DNA from: a bacterium
GTDB lineage: Bacteria; Patescibacteriota; Minisyncoccia; Phycocordibacterales; Phycocordibacteraceae
Assembly (NCBI GenBank): GCA_021849125.1
Contig: JAJZTG010000005.1
Coordinates: forward strand, 1-55,573
Length of the DNA: 55,573 bases
Direction: 5' to 3'
In this document: one piece after another, positions 44,275-53,160 of the stretch
How positions within the stretch are numbered: position 1 is the stretch's first letter
Layout: each line of letters begins with the position of its first letter
The notes under the pieces: generated by a model
What the model was told of the DNA's origin: nothing
Database searches by the model: none
Seen by the model: only the letters and a program-made list of their open reading frames with translations
Made by a program: the position numbers and the translations under genes

Positions 44275-44647
44275 TTTTCTAATATAGCACTACCGCTATA
44301 TTTATACAACTACCCACTCTGCGCATAAACAGAGACGTTACCATGTGACCTTTCTTCCTGCGTGCGGTTATAGAAGGCAGAGGGGTTTGAAACTTGGCGG
44401 AGGTGGAGGCAGGTAAGGTTTGTCTGAGTTTTTTGCTTTCCGCACACTCGACATCCTTACCTCCTCCCCTCTCGGCCATCCTTATCTTCTTCAACTTCAA
44501 CCCTTCTACCTTGTCCTTTCTCGTCAGATGCATCTACACCTATCACTACCTCTTCCGCGTCTGACACCCCTGTTCCTTCTTCTTTTTCTTCCTCCCGTTC
44601 CTTTTCTTCCAAGACCAGCTTTGCTGGTCTTTTTGTATACTGCTTGT

Positions 44648-45202
44648 ATGAAACCCCTCCCCCGCTCGTGGTTTGAAGAAGACGCAGTCACCCTGGCACC
44701 CAAGCTCCTCGGCAAGATCGTGAAGAAAGGCTCGTGCGTAGGCGTCATCGTCGAGACGGAAGCCTACACCACCGACGCTGCGTCGCACGCAGCAAAGGGC
44801 GGCGAACGCGGACGCCTCATGCGCGAAACCTTCGGACACTGGTACGTCTACTTCACCTACGGTATGCACTGGTGCGCAAACGTAACGACGAACAAGGGCG
44901 GCACGGGCGCCGTACTCATCCGCGCGGTCGAGCCGACTGAAGGGTTTGCCGCAATGAAGCGCCGCCGCAAGACCGATGCGCCGAAGAACCTCACGAACGG
45001 CCCGGCGAAATTCTGCCAGGCTTTCGGCATCACCGGCAAAGAGAACGACTTGCCCGTGGGTGGCGACTTCGCGATTTATGACGCACCAGAGAGGGCAAAG
45101 AAAGACATCGGCACTTCCGGCCGCATCGGTATCAAAAACGGGACCGAACTCCCCTGGCGTTTTTACATAAAAGGCAACCCGTTCGTGAGCCGGGCAAAAT
45201 AA
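44648..45202 (+). CDS. mpg: DNA-3-methyladenine glycosylase (Mpg/AAG family)
   Basis: FEEDAVTLAPKLLGK, VGVIVETEAYT..DAASHA, YVYFTYGMHWCANV, AVLIRAVEP and NGPAKFCQAFGI match the family. Hairpin, then TATACT, then ATG 8 nt later. Confidence 0.88.
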   Translation: MKPLPRSWFEEDAVTLAPKLLGKIVKKGSCVGVIVETEAYTTDAASHAAKGGERGRLMRETFGHWYVYFTYGMHWCANVTTNKGGTGAVLIRAVEPTEGFAAMKRRRKTDAPKNLTNGPAKFCQAFGITGKENDLPVGGDFAIYDAPERAKKDIGTSGRIGIKNGTELPWRFYIKGNPFVSRAK

Positions 45203-45248
45203 AAGCTGTCCCGAAGGACGACTTGAGAAGAGCTAAATGGTCAGGCCA

Positions 45249-45905
45249 TCATGCTAGGTGATGAGTGCATATGCTTCCGCGAGATTTTTTTGCCTGATAC
45301 AACATCTTGTCGGCAATCTGATAGACCTCTTGGAATGCGTGCATCCCTACACCCATCACGACACCCACCGACAGAGATACCGTTCTAGTGAGCCCTGGGT
45401 GTTCGATTTCAGACGCCAAATGCTTCAAGCGTTCAACAACGATCTCGACTTCACTCGGAGCAGCAGCAAGAACCAGGAAGAACTCATCACCGCCCAGACG
45501 AGCGATTGAACATTCTCCTTGCCGTAGGGTATGCCTCAGGATCTCAGCGATCTCTTGAAGCACGTAGTCCCCAACCGGATGACCGCCCTCATCGTTAATC
45601 TGCTTGAAGTTATCGATATCAAAGGCCACTACGCAGATATCACCACGCGTGACTCGATACCGCTCCTCCCAGCGTACTTCGAGGCCTCGCCTGTTGAACA
45701 AGCCAGTAAGCGGGTCTCTCTGCGCGAGTTCGACCATCACGCAACCCTTGCACTCTTCTTGCCTCTTTACGGCGAGTCGTATGAGCAATTCACGCAACTG
45801 TCCGCCATCCAAATTGAGTTTCCCCACGATGTCCCGCAGAGCTTCCTCATTGGTACCGGCTTGAATGATCGCATTGACGACTTGTTCGTACGTTTTATCA
45901 CACAT
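45249..45905 (-). CDS. standalone GGDEF-domain nucleotide cyclase (218 aa)
   Basis: RDPLTGLFNRRG, AFDIDNFKQINDEGGHPVGD, ARLGGDEFFLVL. No RxxD I-site (reads RQGE). Only about 65 aa of N-terminal sequence, with no recognisable sensor domain. Confidence 0.85.
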   Translation of the reverse strand: MCDKTYEQVVNAIIQAGTNEEALRDIVGKLNLDGGQLRELLIRLAVKRQEECKGCVMVELAQRDPLTGLFNRRGLEVRWEERYRVTRGDICVVAFDIDNFKQINDEGGHPVGDYVLQEIAEILRHTLRQGECSIARLGGDEFFLVLAAAPSEVEIVVERLKHLASEIEHPGLTRTVSLSVGVVMGVGMHAFQEVYQIADKMLYQAKKSRGSICTHHLA

Positions 45906-46015
45906 CCCACTCTCCTTTTAATCGTTGAGTTGAAATACTTCCTTCTGATTTAGATAATAAATCATATACTACCTTTAGTCAAGATTCTTGTGCCTGGCTC
46001 GCTCTATAAAAATCT

Positions 46016-46375
46016 ATGATAGAGTCGGAACAGACCAGTGTACAAACGAGGTGGGTTATGAAAACAGATACTGAGATCAGTATGGCGCGCGAGCGTCTTC
46101 AAAAGACAACTGTTTTGCATCTAGAGGGCCCAGGGGTTCTCTTTCTCATGGTGAGCAGGGTGTTGCAAGGCAATTCTTGCACGCTCGTAAAGCTTTCTGA
46201 CGTAAAAGTGGATACTCGAATCGCGGTAGCGGAGAGGCTGAAAAGTTTGCTCGAGCAGATGCAGATCACAGAACTCCCATCGGAAGAAAGGAACGCTATT
46301 CTGATAGAGATCCTCTTTTGGGCGGCAAGCCAGATCGCAAAGCCTCACATCCAGCAAGACCGACAGAACAAATAA
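46016..46375 (+). CDS. hypothetical protein (up to 119 aa)
   Basis: ORF divergent from the GGDEF gene. TATAAA box upstream and terminator AACCTCCGG-GCAA-CCGGAGGTTTTTT downstream. Start is uncertain (ATG 46016 or 46058). Confidence 0.4.
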   Translation: MIESEQTSVQTRWVMKTDTEISMARERLQKTTVLHLEGPGVLFLMVSRVLQGNSCTLVKLSDVKVDTRIAVAERLKSLLEQMQITELPSEERNAILIEILFWAASQIAKPHIQQDRQNK

Positions 46376-46403
46376 GAACCTCCGGGCAACCGGAGGTTTT
46401 TTG

Positions 46404-48188
46404 TTATCGTCGCGCCTTCGCGCGGGCGGTCTCGGTCAAATGCTGCTTGCGCAGGCGGACCGACTTCGGGGTGATCTCGAGGTATTCGTCCTCGGCAATG
46501 ATCTCCAGCCCGCGCTCGATGGTGAGCTCGTAGGGCGGCGTGAGATAGATCGCCTCGTCGTTACCCGAAGCACGCATATTGGAGAGCTGCTTCCCTTTGG
46601 TCGGGTTCACCACCATCTCCTCGCCTTTCGACGTATTGCCGATGACCTGACCTTCGTAGACTTCTACAGCCGGACCGATGTAGAGAACTCCTCGATCCTG
46701 GAGGTTCCAGAGCGAGAAACCGAGCGCCTTGCCGGTCGCCATCGAGATCATCGAGCCGACGTTGCGATGGCGAATCTCGCCTGCAAACGGTTCGAAACCG
46801 ACGAAACGAGAGGAAAGGATGCCTTCGCCCTTGGTATCAACGATGAAAATGCTCTTGTAGCCCAAGAGGCCGCGGGTCGGACCGTGGAACGTGAGGCGTA
46901 CCGTCGTCTCGTGCTGCACGAGATTCTGCATGACAAAGCCACGCACCCCGAGCTTCTCGATGATCGCACCCTGAAACTCGGTCGGGGTGTCGATGATGAC
47001 TTCCTCGAACGGCTCTTTCTTCACGCCATCCTCCTCACGGATGATGACCTGCGGCTGCGAGACCTGCAGCTCGTACCCTTCGCGGCGCATGTTCTCAAGA
47101 AGGACCGCGATGTGGAGCTCGCCGCGGCCCGATACGTGGAAGGAGTCCGAGCTGTCGAAATCGACCTTGAGACCGACGTTCACCTCGAGCTCCTTCTCGA
47201 GACGCTCGCGGATCTGGCGGCTCGTGACGAACTTCCCTTCCTTGCCGGCAAACGGCGAATTGTTCACGAGGAAGTCGAGCGCGATGGTCGGCTCGTCGAC
47301 CGCGATCGCCGGAAGCGGGGTCGCGTTCTCGTCGGTCGTCACCGTCTCGCCGATATAGATGTCCGGAAGACCGGCAATCATCACGATGTCGCCCGCCGAA
47401 GCCTCCGACACCTCGACACGCTCGAGCCCTTTGAAGGCGAAGATCTTGGTCGTCTTGCCGGAAATCGTCTCTCCTGAGACCGTCTTCAAGAAGACCTGCT
47501 GATTGGGACGGATGGTGCCCTGATAGATACGGGCTGCGGCCATGCGGCCGAGGAAGTTGTCGTAGGCGAGGTTAAACGGCTGCGCCATAAGGGTCGCCGT
47601 AGCGTCAGCTCCTTCGTTTGCAGGCGGAACCTTCTCGAGGATGAGATCGAGGAGCGGCGTGATGTCCTTGCGCTCATCGTCGAGATTCCTCATCGCGAGA
47701 CCATCGCGACCGATCGAGTAGATGACCGGGAAATCGCACTGTTCGTCAGAAGCCCCGAGCTCCATGAAGAGCTCAAGCACCTGGTCGTGCGCCTTTGCCG
47801 GGTCAGCAGCCGGCTTATCGATCTTGTTCAAGACGACGATCGGCTTGAGGCCAAGATCAAGCGACTTCTTCAAGACGAAGCGGGTCTGCGGCATCGGACC
47901 CTCCTGAGCATCCACCACAAGGAGCACCGAGTCGATCGATCGGAGCACGCGCTCCACCTCAGAACCGAAGTCGGCGTGTCCCGGCGTATCGACGATATTG
48001 ATCTTCGTACCCTTGTATTCGACTGCCGCATTTTTGGCGTAAATGGTGATACCACGCTCGCGTTCGAGCGCGTTAGAGTCCATTGACGTGCCTTCAGCGA
48101 CGGCGCCTGTCTGCTTCATGATGGCGTCGGTAAGCGCCGTCTTCCCGTGGTCGACGTGCGCGATGATAGCGATGTTTCGGATTTCCAT
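46404..48188 (-). CDS. typA: translational GTPase TypA/BipA
   Basis: [35 protein letters not shown]-like domains. Confidence 0.96.
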   Translation of the reverse strand: MEIRNIAIIAHVDHGKTALTDAIMKQTGAVAEGTSMDSNALERERGITIYAKNAAVEYKGTKINIVDTPGHADFGSEVERVLRSIDSVLLVVDAQEGPMPQTRFVLKKSLDLGLKPIVVLNKIDKPAADPAKAHDQVLELFMELGASDEQCDFPVIYSIGRDGLAMRNLDDERKDITPLLDLILEKVPPANEGADATATLMAQPFNLAYDNFLGRMAAARIYQGTIRPNQQVFLKTVSGETISGKTTKIFAFKGLERVEVSEASAGDIVMIAGLPDIYIGETVTTDENATPLPAIAVDEPTIALDFLVNNSPFAGKEGKFVTSRQIRERLEKELEVNVGLKVDFDSSDSFHVSGRGELHIAVLLENMRREGYELQVSQPQVIIREEDGVKKEPFEEVIIDTPTEFQGAIIEKLGVRGFVMQNLVQHETTVRLTFHGPTRGLLGYKSIFIVDTKGEGILSSRFVGFEPFAGEIRHRNVGSMISMATGKALGFSLWNLQDRGVLYIGPAVEVYEGQVIGNTSKGEEMVVNPTKGKQLSNMRASGNDEAIYLTPPYELTIERGLEIIAEDEYLEITPKSVRLRKQHLTETARAKARR

Positions 48189-48288
48189 AAAAATAAAAAG
48201 CCCGTGGGCGGTTTTTCAACTATATAACATAAATATAAAAATGAGAAGGCCGCGCGAAGCGCGGCCTTAACCTGACTGCCAAGAAGGT

Positions 48289-48570
48289 TTATTTGCCTAA
48301 CAGACGCTGAACGCGATTGGCGTCATGCGACGGATGCAGCCGACACTGCTTAACGAATACTGCTTGAACCTCTTTCGGCTGCTTCGACAGAAAACTCCGA
48401 CTTTCCTTGAACGGACTCCATGTGCTACCCCGGTCGAAGTCGCTCGGGGCGTTCATGAGCGCACACGCCAGTATGGCCATATCTTCATCGGAATTACCAC
48501 CTGCTTCGACAATGATCCTTACGACGAGCTCCATCCGAGCGCATATATCCCCGTACGTCTGCTGAGCCAT
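48289..48570 (-). CDS. hypothetical protein (93 aa)
   Basis: ORF between the NRAMP gene and typA on the same strand, followed by hairpin AAGGCCGCGC-GAA-GCGCGGCCTT. No motifs. Confidence 0.4.
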   Translation of the reverse strand: MAQQTYGDICARMELVVRIIVEAGGNSDEDMAILACALMNAPSDFDRGSTWSPFKESRSFLSKQPKEVQAVFVKQCRLHPSHDANRVQRLLGK

Positions 48571-48626
48571 TACGATCTCCTCAAAAATGACATCTGTCGA
48601 GACAGTACAAGACTAGGCAGATCGCG

Positions 48627-50018
48627 TCAATAAAAGAGCGTCACGATGGCCGCGATACCTGAGATCGCCATGACGACGATGGTCGTCCAGCCGAATATCG
48701 AACCGAGCCGTCCGTTCGCGTGCTCGCGCATGATCTTCTTGTCCCCCGAGAGCTTCACGACGAAATAGAGGATGATCGGCGCAATGAAACCGTTCGCTAC
48801 TGCGGCGTAAATGAGACCCTTGATCGGATCAAGATGCATGAGCCCCGCGACGATACCGAGCACTACCGAGACGATGATGACGCCATAAAACGCACGTGCT
48901 TCCTTGAGCTTACGATAGAGACCGTACTTCCAGCCGAAACTTTCCGAAAGCGCATAGGCGGTCGAGCCTGCAAAGACCGGGATCGCAAGCATGCCGGTAC
49001 CGATGATACCGAGCGCAAAGAGGAGATAGGCGAAGGTACCGAACGGCTTCAGAGCAAGCGCTGCCTGATCAGCCGTGGCGATATGAGTAATGCCGTTTGC
49101 ATACAGCGTTCCTGCACACGCCGCGAAGATGAAGAAGGAAATGAGATTCGAAAATGCCATCCCGCTCCAGACATCGACACGCATGCTCTTTATCGCCGCT
49201 GGCGTCGCCTCCGCACGGCGCTTCTCGATAGACGTCTCGCCGCGAAGGATGTCTTCCTCCACTTCCTGAGAAGTCTGCCAGAAGAAAAGGTACGGTGAGA
49301 TGGTCGTACCGAGGATCGCGCAGATGAGGAAGAGCTGGTCGCTTGAGAAAGTGATCGAAGGTACAAACGTGCGGTAGAGGACCTCGCCCCAATCAAGATG
49401 CACGGCGAGCGCCACTACCACGTAGGCCAGGAGAGTGAACGTGAGGTACTTGAGATACTTCGCGTACGCCGCATAGCTTACGAACACCTGAAGCAGGAGG
49501 CTCACTGCTGCAAAAAGTATGATAAGCACATCGAACTGTATGCTCGGCAAAAGCAGTCGCGATGCCGCCGCCATCGCGCCCAGGTCGGCGGCGATGTTGA
49601 GCGTATTGGCAAGAAACAGAAGCCCTGTCGCAAGATAGAGCGCTCCCGGCGAGAAATGTTTACGGATATTCGCCGCGAGCCCCTGTCCGCTCACGATCCC
49701 GATACGGGCGCACATCTCCTGTACTACCGACATGAACGGGTAGGTGAAAAGCGACGTCCAGATAAGCTGAAGGCCGTACTGCGCGCCCGCTTGCGAGTAG
49801 GTGGCGATGCCCGACGGATCATCATCAGCAGCGCCGGTGGTGAGGCCGGGACCTAACGTCTTCAGATACGATTTGGTACCCTTAAAAACTTTCCCTTCAA
49901 CGATACGCTTTTCCCCCTCCTCTACAAGAGTAACCCCCTCTTCGAGAATCCTCGCCGGCATTTCGAAAGCTTCTTCGACTTCTCTTTCTATCTTTTTCGG
50001 CGCGTCCGGTTCTGTCAT
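48627..50018 (-). CDS. NRAMP-family divalent metal cation transporter
   Basis: GPGLTTGAADDDPSGIATYSQAGAQYG (DPGN-type motif region) and about 11 TM segments. Confidence 0.88.
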   Translation of the reverse strand: MTEPDAPKKIEREVEEAFEMPARILEEGVTLVEEGEKRIVEGKVFKGTKSYLKTLGPGLTTGAADDDPSGIATYSQAGAQYGLQLIWTSLFTYPFMSVVQEMCARIGIVSGQGLAANIRKHFSPGALYLATGLLFLANTLNIAADLGAMAAASRLLLPSIQFDVLIILFAAVSLLLQVFVSYAAYAKYLKYLTFTLLAYVVVALAVHLDWGEVLYRTFVPSITFSSDQLFLICAILGTTISPYLFFWQTSQEVEEDILRGETSIEKRRAEATPAAIKSMRVDVWSGMAFSNLISFFIFAACAGTLYANGITHIATADQAALALKPFGTFAYLLFALGIIGTGMLAIPVFAGSTAYALSESFGWKYGLYRKLKEARAFYGVIIVSVVLGIVAGLMHLDPIKGLIYAAVANGFIAPIILYFVVKLSGDKKIMREHANGRLGSIFGWTTIVVMAISGIAAIVTLFY

Positions 50019-50088
50019 TGCCCATAATCATAGCGCACCGCGTGCAAGGCTACGACCTTGCACGCGGCTGTCTGGGGGAATGCACCAT

Positions 50089-51549
50089 CTATTTCTCCAA
50101 ATCCAAGACGTCGTCGATGCGGATCTGCTCGACGAAATCGCCTACGTGCGATACGAGGACCATTGCTCCTTCGTACTGATCGAGCGCTTTGGCAATCACC
50201 GGTAGGTGACGGAAGTTTATGTGGTTAGTCGGCTCGTCGAGGATGAGGAGTCCGGGACGCTCGAGCACGAGCGAGGCGAATGCGACCAAGCCCTTCTGCC
50301 CTTCCGAAAGGCTCCCGATCTTCGTATGGATGACATCTCCCGTGATGAGAAAGCTTGCGGCCACGCGACGGAGCTTCTGTTCGTCCGGCTGCCCCATGAC
50401 CGACTCGAGCGCGTCGAAGACGGTCGCATTGAAATCGAGCGTGGAGAAGTCTTGACGGTAGTAACCCACCTTCACGCCCTCTGCGATAGTCGTGCCCTCG
50501 GCTACGCCGCGTGCGATGGACTCAAGAAGCGTTGTCTTGCCGATACCGTTCGGACCCCTCAGAAGCAGGTGATTGTTCTTGCGGAGCGCGACACTTGCCT
50601 TCTTCTCTTTCGGTCCTTTCGGCGTCTGGATCGTATAGGAATCGAGTGAGAGGACGACGCCCGAGAGCCCTTCCTGCACAGGGATGACGAACGGTCGGAT
50701 GGTCTTGTCCTCCTTGCGTACGTCGACCACGTCTTCTTCCATCTCCTCGATTTCGTCGCGCATGCGCTTTGCCACGAGGCGCATCTTGCCGCCCTTGTGC
50801 GAGAAGAAGTTCGCCTTGTCCTTGTTCTCCTGGATCTTCTTTGCGAGCTGCGCGTTCTTGCGATTCTCCTTCTCGATACGCGCGAGGATGTCGCGCTGCA
50901 CGTCGTGATAGTTGCCCGCATACTGTTCGATCTTGTGCGTGTACACATCGAGGTAGAGGACGCCGGTCGTAAACGCATTCAGGAACTCTGCCTCGTGGGA
51001 AATAACCACGACCGTCTTGTCATAATCCTTCAAGAACTGCGTGAGGTGCTCGATGCCAGCCTTGTCGAGATTGTTCGTCGGCTCGTCGAGAAGGAGGAGG
51101 TCGGGCTCCTGGATAAGCGCGGAGGCAAGAAGAAGGCGCGCCTGCTGGCCACCCGAGAAACTCTTCACCGTACGATCATGCAGTTTCTCGTGATGCTTGA
51201 GGTTCACGACCTCCAAGACGTCGTCGATCTTCGGATCGATATCGTAGACTTTCTTATCGAAGAACGTCTGGAAGAAATCGCGTACCGAGAGCTCCATCTT
51301 CTCGCGCGGGATCACCTGATGCGCGATCGCGACCTTCATACCATGCGCCCGCGTGATCTCACCGTCGACTGGTTCCTTTTCGCCGGTAATGAGCGAGAAG
51401 AGCGTGGACTTCCCCGCGCCGTTCTGCCCCATCACCGCCATCTTCATCCCGCGACGCAGCGTGAAAGAGACCTCGTCGAGGATCGGCTTGTTGTGTCCGT
51501 ATCCGAAAGAGACCTCTTCGAACCGGATGATGCTCTCATCTCGTGCCAT
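50089..51549 (-). CDS. ABC-F family ATPase (two tandem ABC domains, no TM domain)
   Basis: Walker A GQNGAGKST and GPNGIGKTT, signatures FSGGQQARL and LSEGQKGLV, Walker B LLLDEPTN and LILDEPTN, and an inter-domain linker. Confidence 0.9.
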   Translation of the reverse strand: MARDESIIRFEEVSFGYGHNKPILDEVSFTLRRGMKMAVMGQNGAGKSTLFSLITGEKEPVDGEITRAHGMKVAIAHQVIPREKMELSVRDFFQTFFDKKVYDIDPKIDDVLEVVNLKHHEKLHDRTVKSFSGGQQARLLLASALIQEPDLLLLDEPTNNLDKAGIEHLTQFLKDYDKTVVVISHEAEFLNAFTTGVLYLDVYTHKIEQYAGNYHDVQRDILARIEKENRKNAQLAKKIQENKDKANFFSHKGGKMRLVAKRMRDEIEEMEEDVVDVRKEDKTIRPFVIPVQEGLSGVVLSLDSYTIQTPKGPKEKKASVALRKNNHLLLRGPNGIGKTTLLESIARGVAEGTTIAEGVKVGYYRQDFSTLDFNATVFDALESVMGQPDEQKLRRVAASFLITGDVIHTKIGSLSEGQKGLVAFASLVLERPGLLILDEPTNHINFRHLPVIAKALDQYEGAMVLVSHVGDFVEQIRIDDVLDLEK

Positions 51550-51638
51550 ATATAGGAATCACCCTAACGTATTTTGCATATAAATCCTAGATTCCGCGCT
51601 CACCCACGGGTTTCCTATTCTAAGGAAAGACGTGTAGA

Positions 51639-52388
51639 GTGCAGGTGATGAAGGCAAAACCGACCGAGGAGGACGTCTACCCGATGCGCCTCAATAAATA
51701 CCTTGCTCGCCAGGGCATCACGACTCGCCGCGCGGCCGACGAGCTCATCGCACGCGGTCGCGTCATGGTGAATGGCCAGGTGGCAACACTCGGCACGAAG
51801 GTCGAGGAAAGCGACAAAGTCGAGGTTGCGAGCGGCGCGACGCCGAAGCGTTACAGCTATTTCGCCTACCATAAGCCGATCGGTGTCATTACCCACTCGC
51901 CGCAGCGCGGCGAGAAGGATGTGAAGCAAGACGCGCGTGAGCGCGGCGTGCTCGACGTCTTCCCGGTCGGCCGGCTCGACAAGGATTCGAGCGGCCTTAT
52001 GATCCTCACCAACGACGGTCGCGTCACCGACCGGCTCCTGAACCCACGCTACGATCATGACAAGGAGTACCAGGTGCGCACGCTCGAGACACTACGCGAG
52101 AGTTTCAAGAAGACGATGGAGGGTGGCGTCAACATCGAAGGCTATATCACCGCACCGTGCACGGTGCGCAAGACCGGACCGAAGAGTTTCAATATCACGC
52201 TCTCAGAAGGCAAGAAGCACCAGATCCGCCGCATGGTTGCCGCGCTTCATAATCAAGTCACGGAACTGAAGCGTGTCCGTATCATGAACGTCCGCCTCGA
52301 GGATCTCGCGCCGGGGGACGCGAGGCCAATCATGGGCGAGGAACTCGCGACTTTCCTCGAGAAGCTAGGGCTCTCCTCTCCTCGATAA
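51639..52388 (+). CDS. RsuA/RluB-family pseudouridine synthase with N-terminal S4 domain
   Basis: RLNKYLARQGITTRRAADELIARGRVMVNG (S4), catalytic VGRLDKDSSGLMILTNDG, KKHQIRRM. Start may be GTG 51639 or ATG 51648. Confidence 0.88.
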   Translation: MQVMKAKPTEEDVYPMRLNKYLARQGITTRRAADELIARGRVMVNGQVATLGTKVEESDKVEVASGATPKRYSYFAYHKPIGVITHSPQRGEKDVKQDARERGVLDVFPVGRLDKDSSGLMILTNDGRVTDRLLNPRYDHDKEYQVRTLETLRESFKKTMEGGVNIEGYITAPCTVRKTGPKSFNITLSEGKKHQIRRMVAALHNQVTELKRVRIMNVRLEDLAPGDARPIMGEELATFLEKLGLSSPR

Positions 52389-52436
52389 GTCTTTGCGCTA
52401 GACCCATCCTTTGCTTACCAGCGACTACGGCCGTGG

Positions 52437-53159
52437 TTATTTCTTCGTCGAGTTTCTCTGGAGGAAGAAGCCGATACCGAGTATCACGACCAGGATGCCG
52501 AAGATCCAGGATTCGATATTCGGAACGGTGACCAGCGCTGCCGCTGCGGCAAACATCTGTGCCGCACGTGTCGAAGTCGCCGTTACATCCGCGCTCACCA
52601 CGGTTTCGTCTGTTTGCGGAACCTGCGTCTCGACACCGGTAATCTTCTGCTCGCGTGTTCCTTCTGAGGAAGGACGGGTTGCCGGGACTTGCGGAGAAGC
52701 GATCTCGAATGACGCTGTCACCGATCCTATCTGCTGGTTTACGTCGTTCGCATCAAGCAGTTTTGAGGCAGTATTGACCGTGACGGATCCGGATCCGCTC
52801 TTTTTCGCTCGCAGGATAAGCGTTCCGAACTGCGAGCTTGAACGCACTCCGCCCGTGTACCCTCCGGTCTTTACGAGAAGCCCTGCGGCATTATCGATCG
52901 TGTCATATCCTGCCATCTTAAGCGGGAGCAAGGAATCATTCATCGAGAACGACACTACTTCGAATACGTCGGGAGAAAAAGTGGCGTTGAGCATCGCCGT
53001 ATAGATCGTGCTGGTTGCCGGATCGACCGCGACCTTGAGCGTAATAGTGTCGCCCACCGCATAAGAACCGGTCGACGGAGTCACGGAGAACGAGGCTGCG
53101 CTTGCCACAGACGGCAATGCGAGCATGAGACCCAAGATGAATGTAAGCGATGTTTTCAT
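52437..53159 (-). CDS. cohesin-like domain protein with signal peptide and C-terminal membrane anchor
   Basis: Signal peptide MKTSLTFILGLMLALPSVASA. About 140-aa domain FSVTPSTGSYAVGDTITLKVAVD...YTAMLNATFSPDVFEVVSFS...GTLILRAKKSGSGSVTV fits the cohesin pattern by eye. Ser/Thr/Pro linker. C-terminal TM segment IFGILVVILGIGFF plus a basic tail. Confidence 0.6.
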   Translation of the reverse strand: MKTSLTFILGLMLALPSVASAASFSVTPSTGSYAVGDTITLKVAVDPATSTIYTAMLNATFSPDVFEVVSFSMNDSLLPLKMAGYDTIDNAAGLLVKTGGYTGGVRSSSQFGTLILRAKKSGSGSVTVNTASKLLDANDVNQQIGSVTASFEIASPQVPATRPSSEGTREQKITGVETQVPQTDETVVSADVTATSTRAAQMFAAAAALVTVPNIESWIFGILVVILGIGFFLQRNSTKK

Positions 53160-53160
53160 A

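Noticed and set aside
44279-44869. ORFs 44279..44533 -, 44524..44748 -, 44546..44869 - and the 5' extension of 44420..45202 +
   Set aside because: They lie in the polypyrimidine tract or antisense to mpg, giving low-complexity Lys/Arg/Gly or Leu/Pro/Phe translations. The mpg homology begins only at ATG 44648.
42985-46403. Searched the ssrA-adjacent island for an integrase or recombinase gene and a clean att direct repeat at its right end
   Set aside because: No integrase-like ORF is present. The only direct repeat of the ssrA 3' end is the imperfect 12-mer at 42985-42998 on the left side. The right border coincides with the typA terminator and has no repeat. The island is therefore called on composition and gene content only, not as a demonstrable integrative element.
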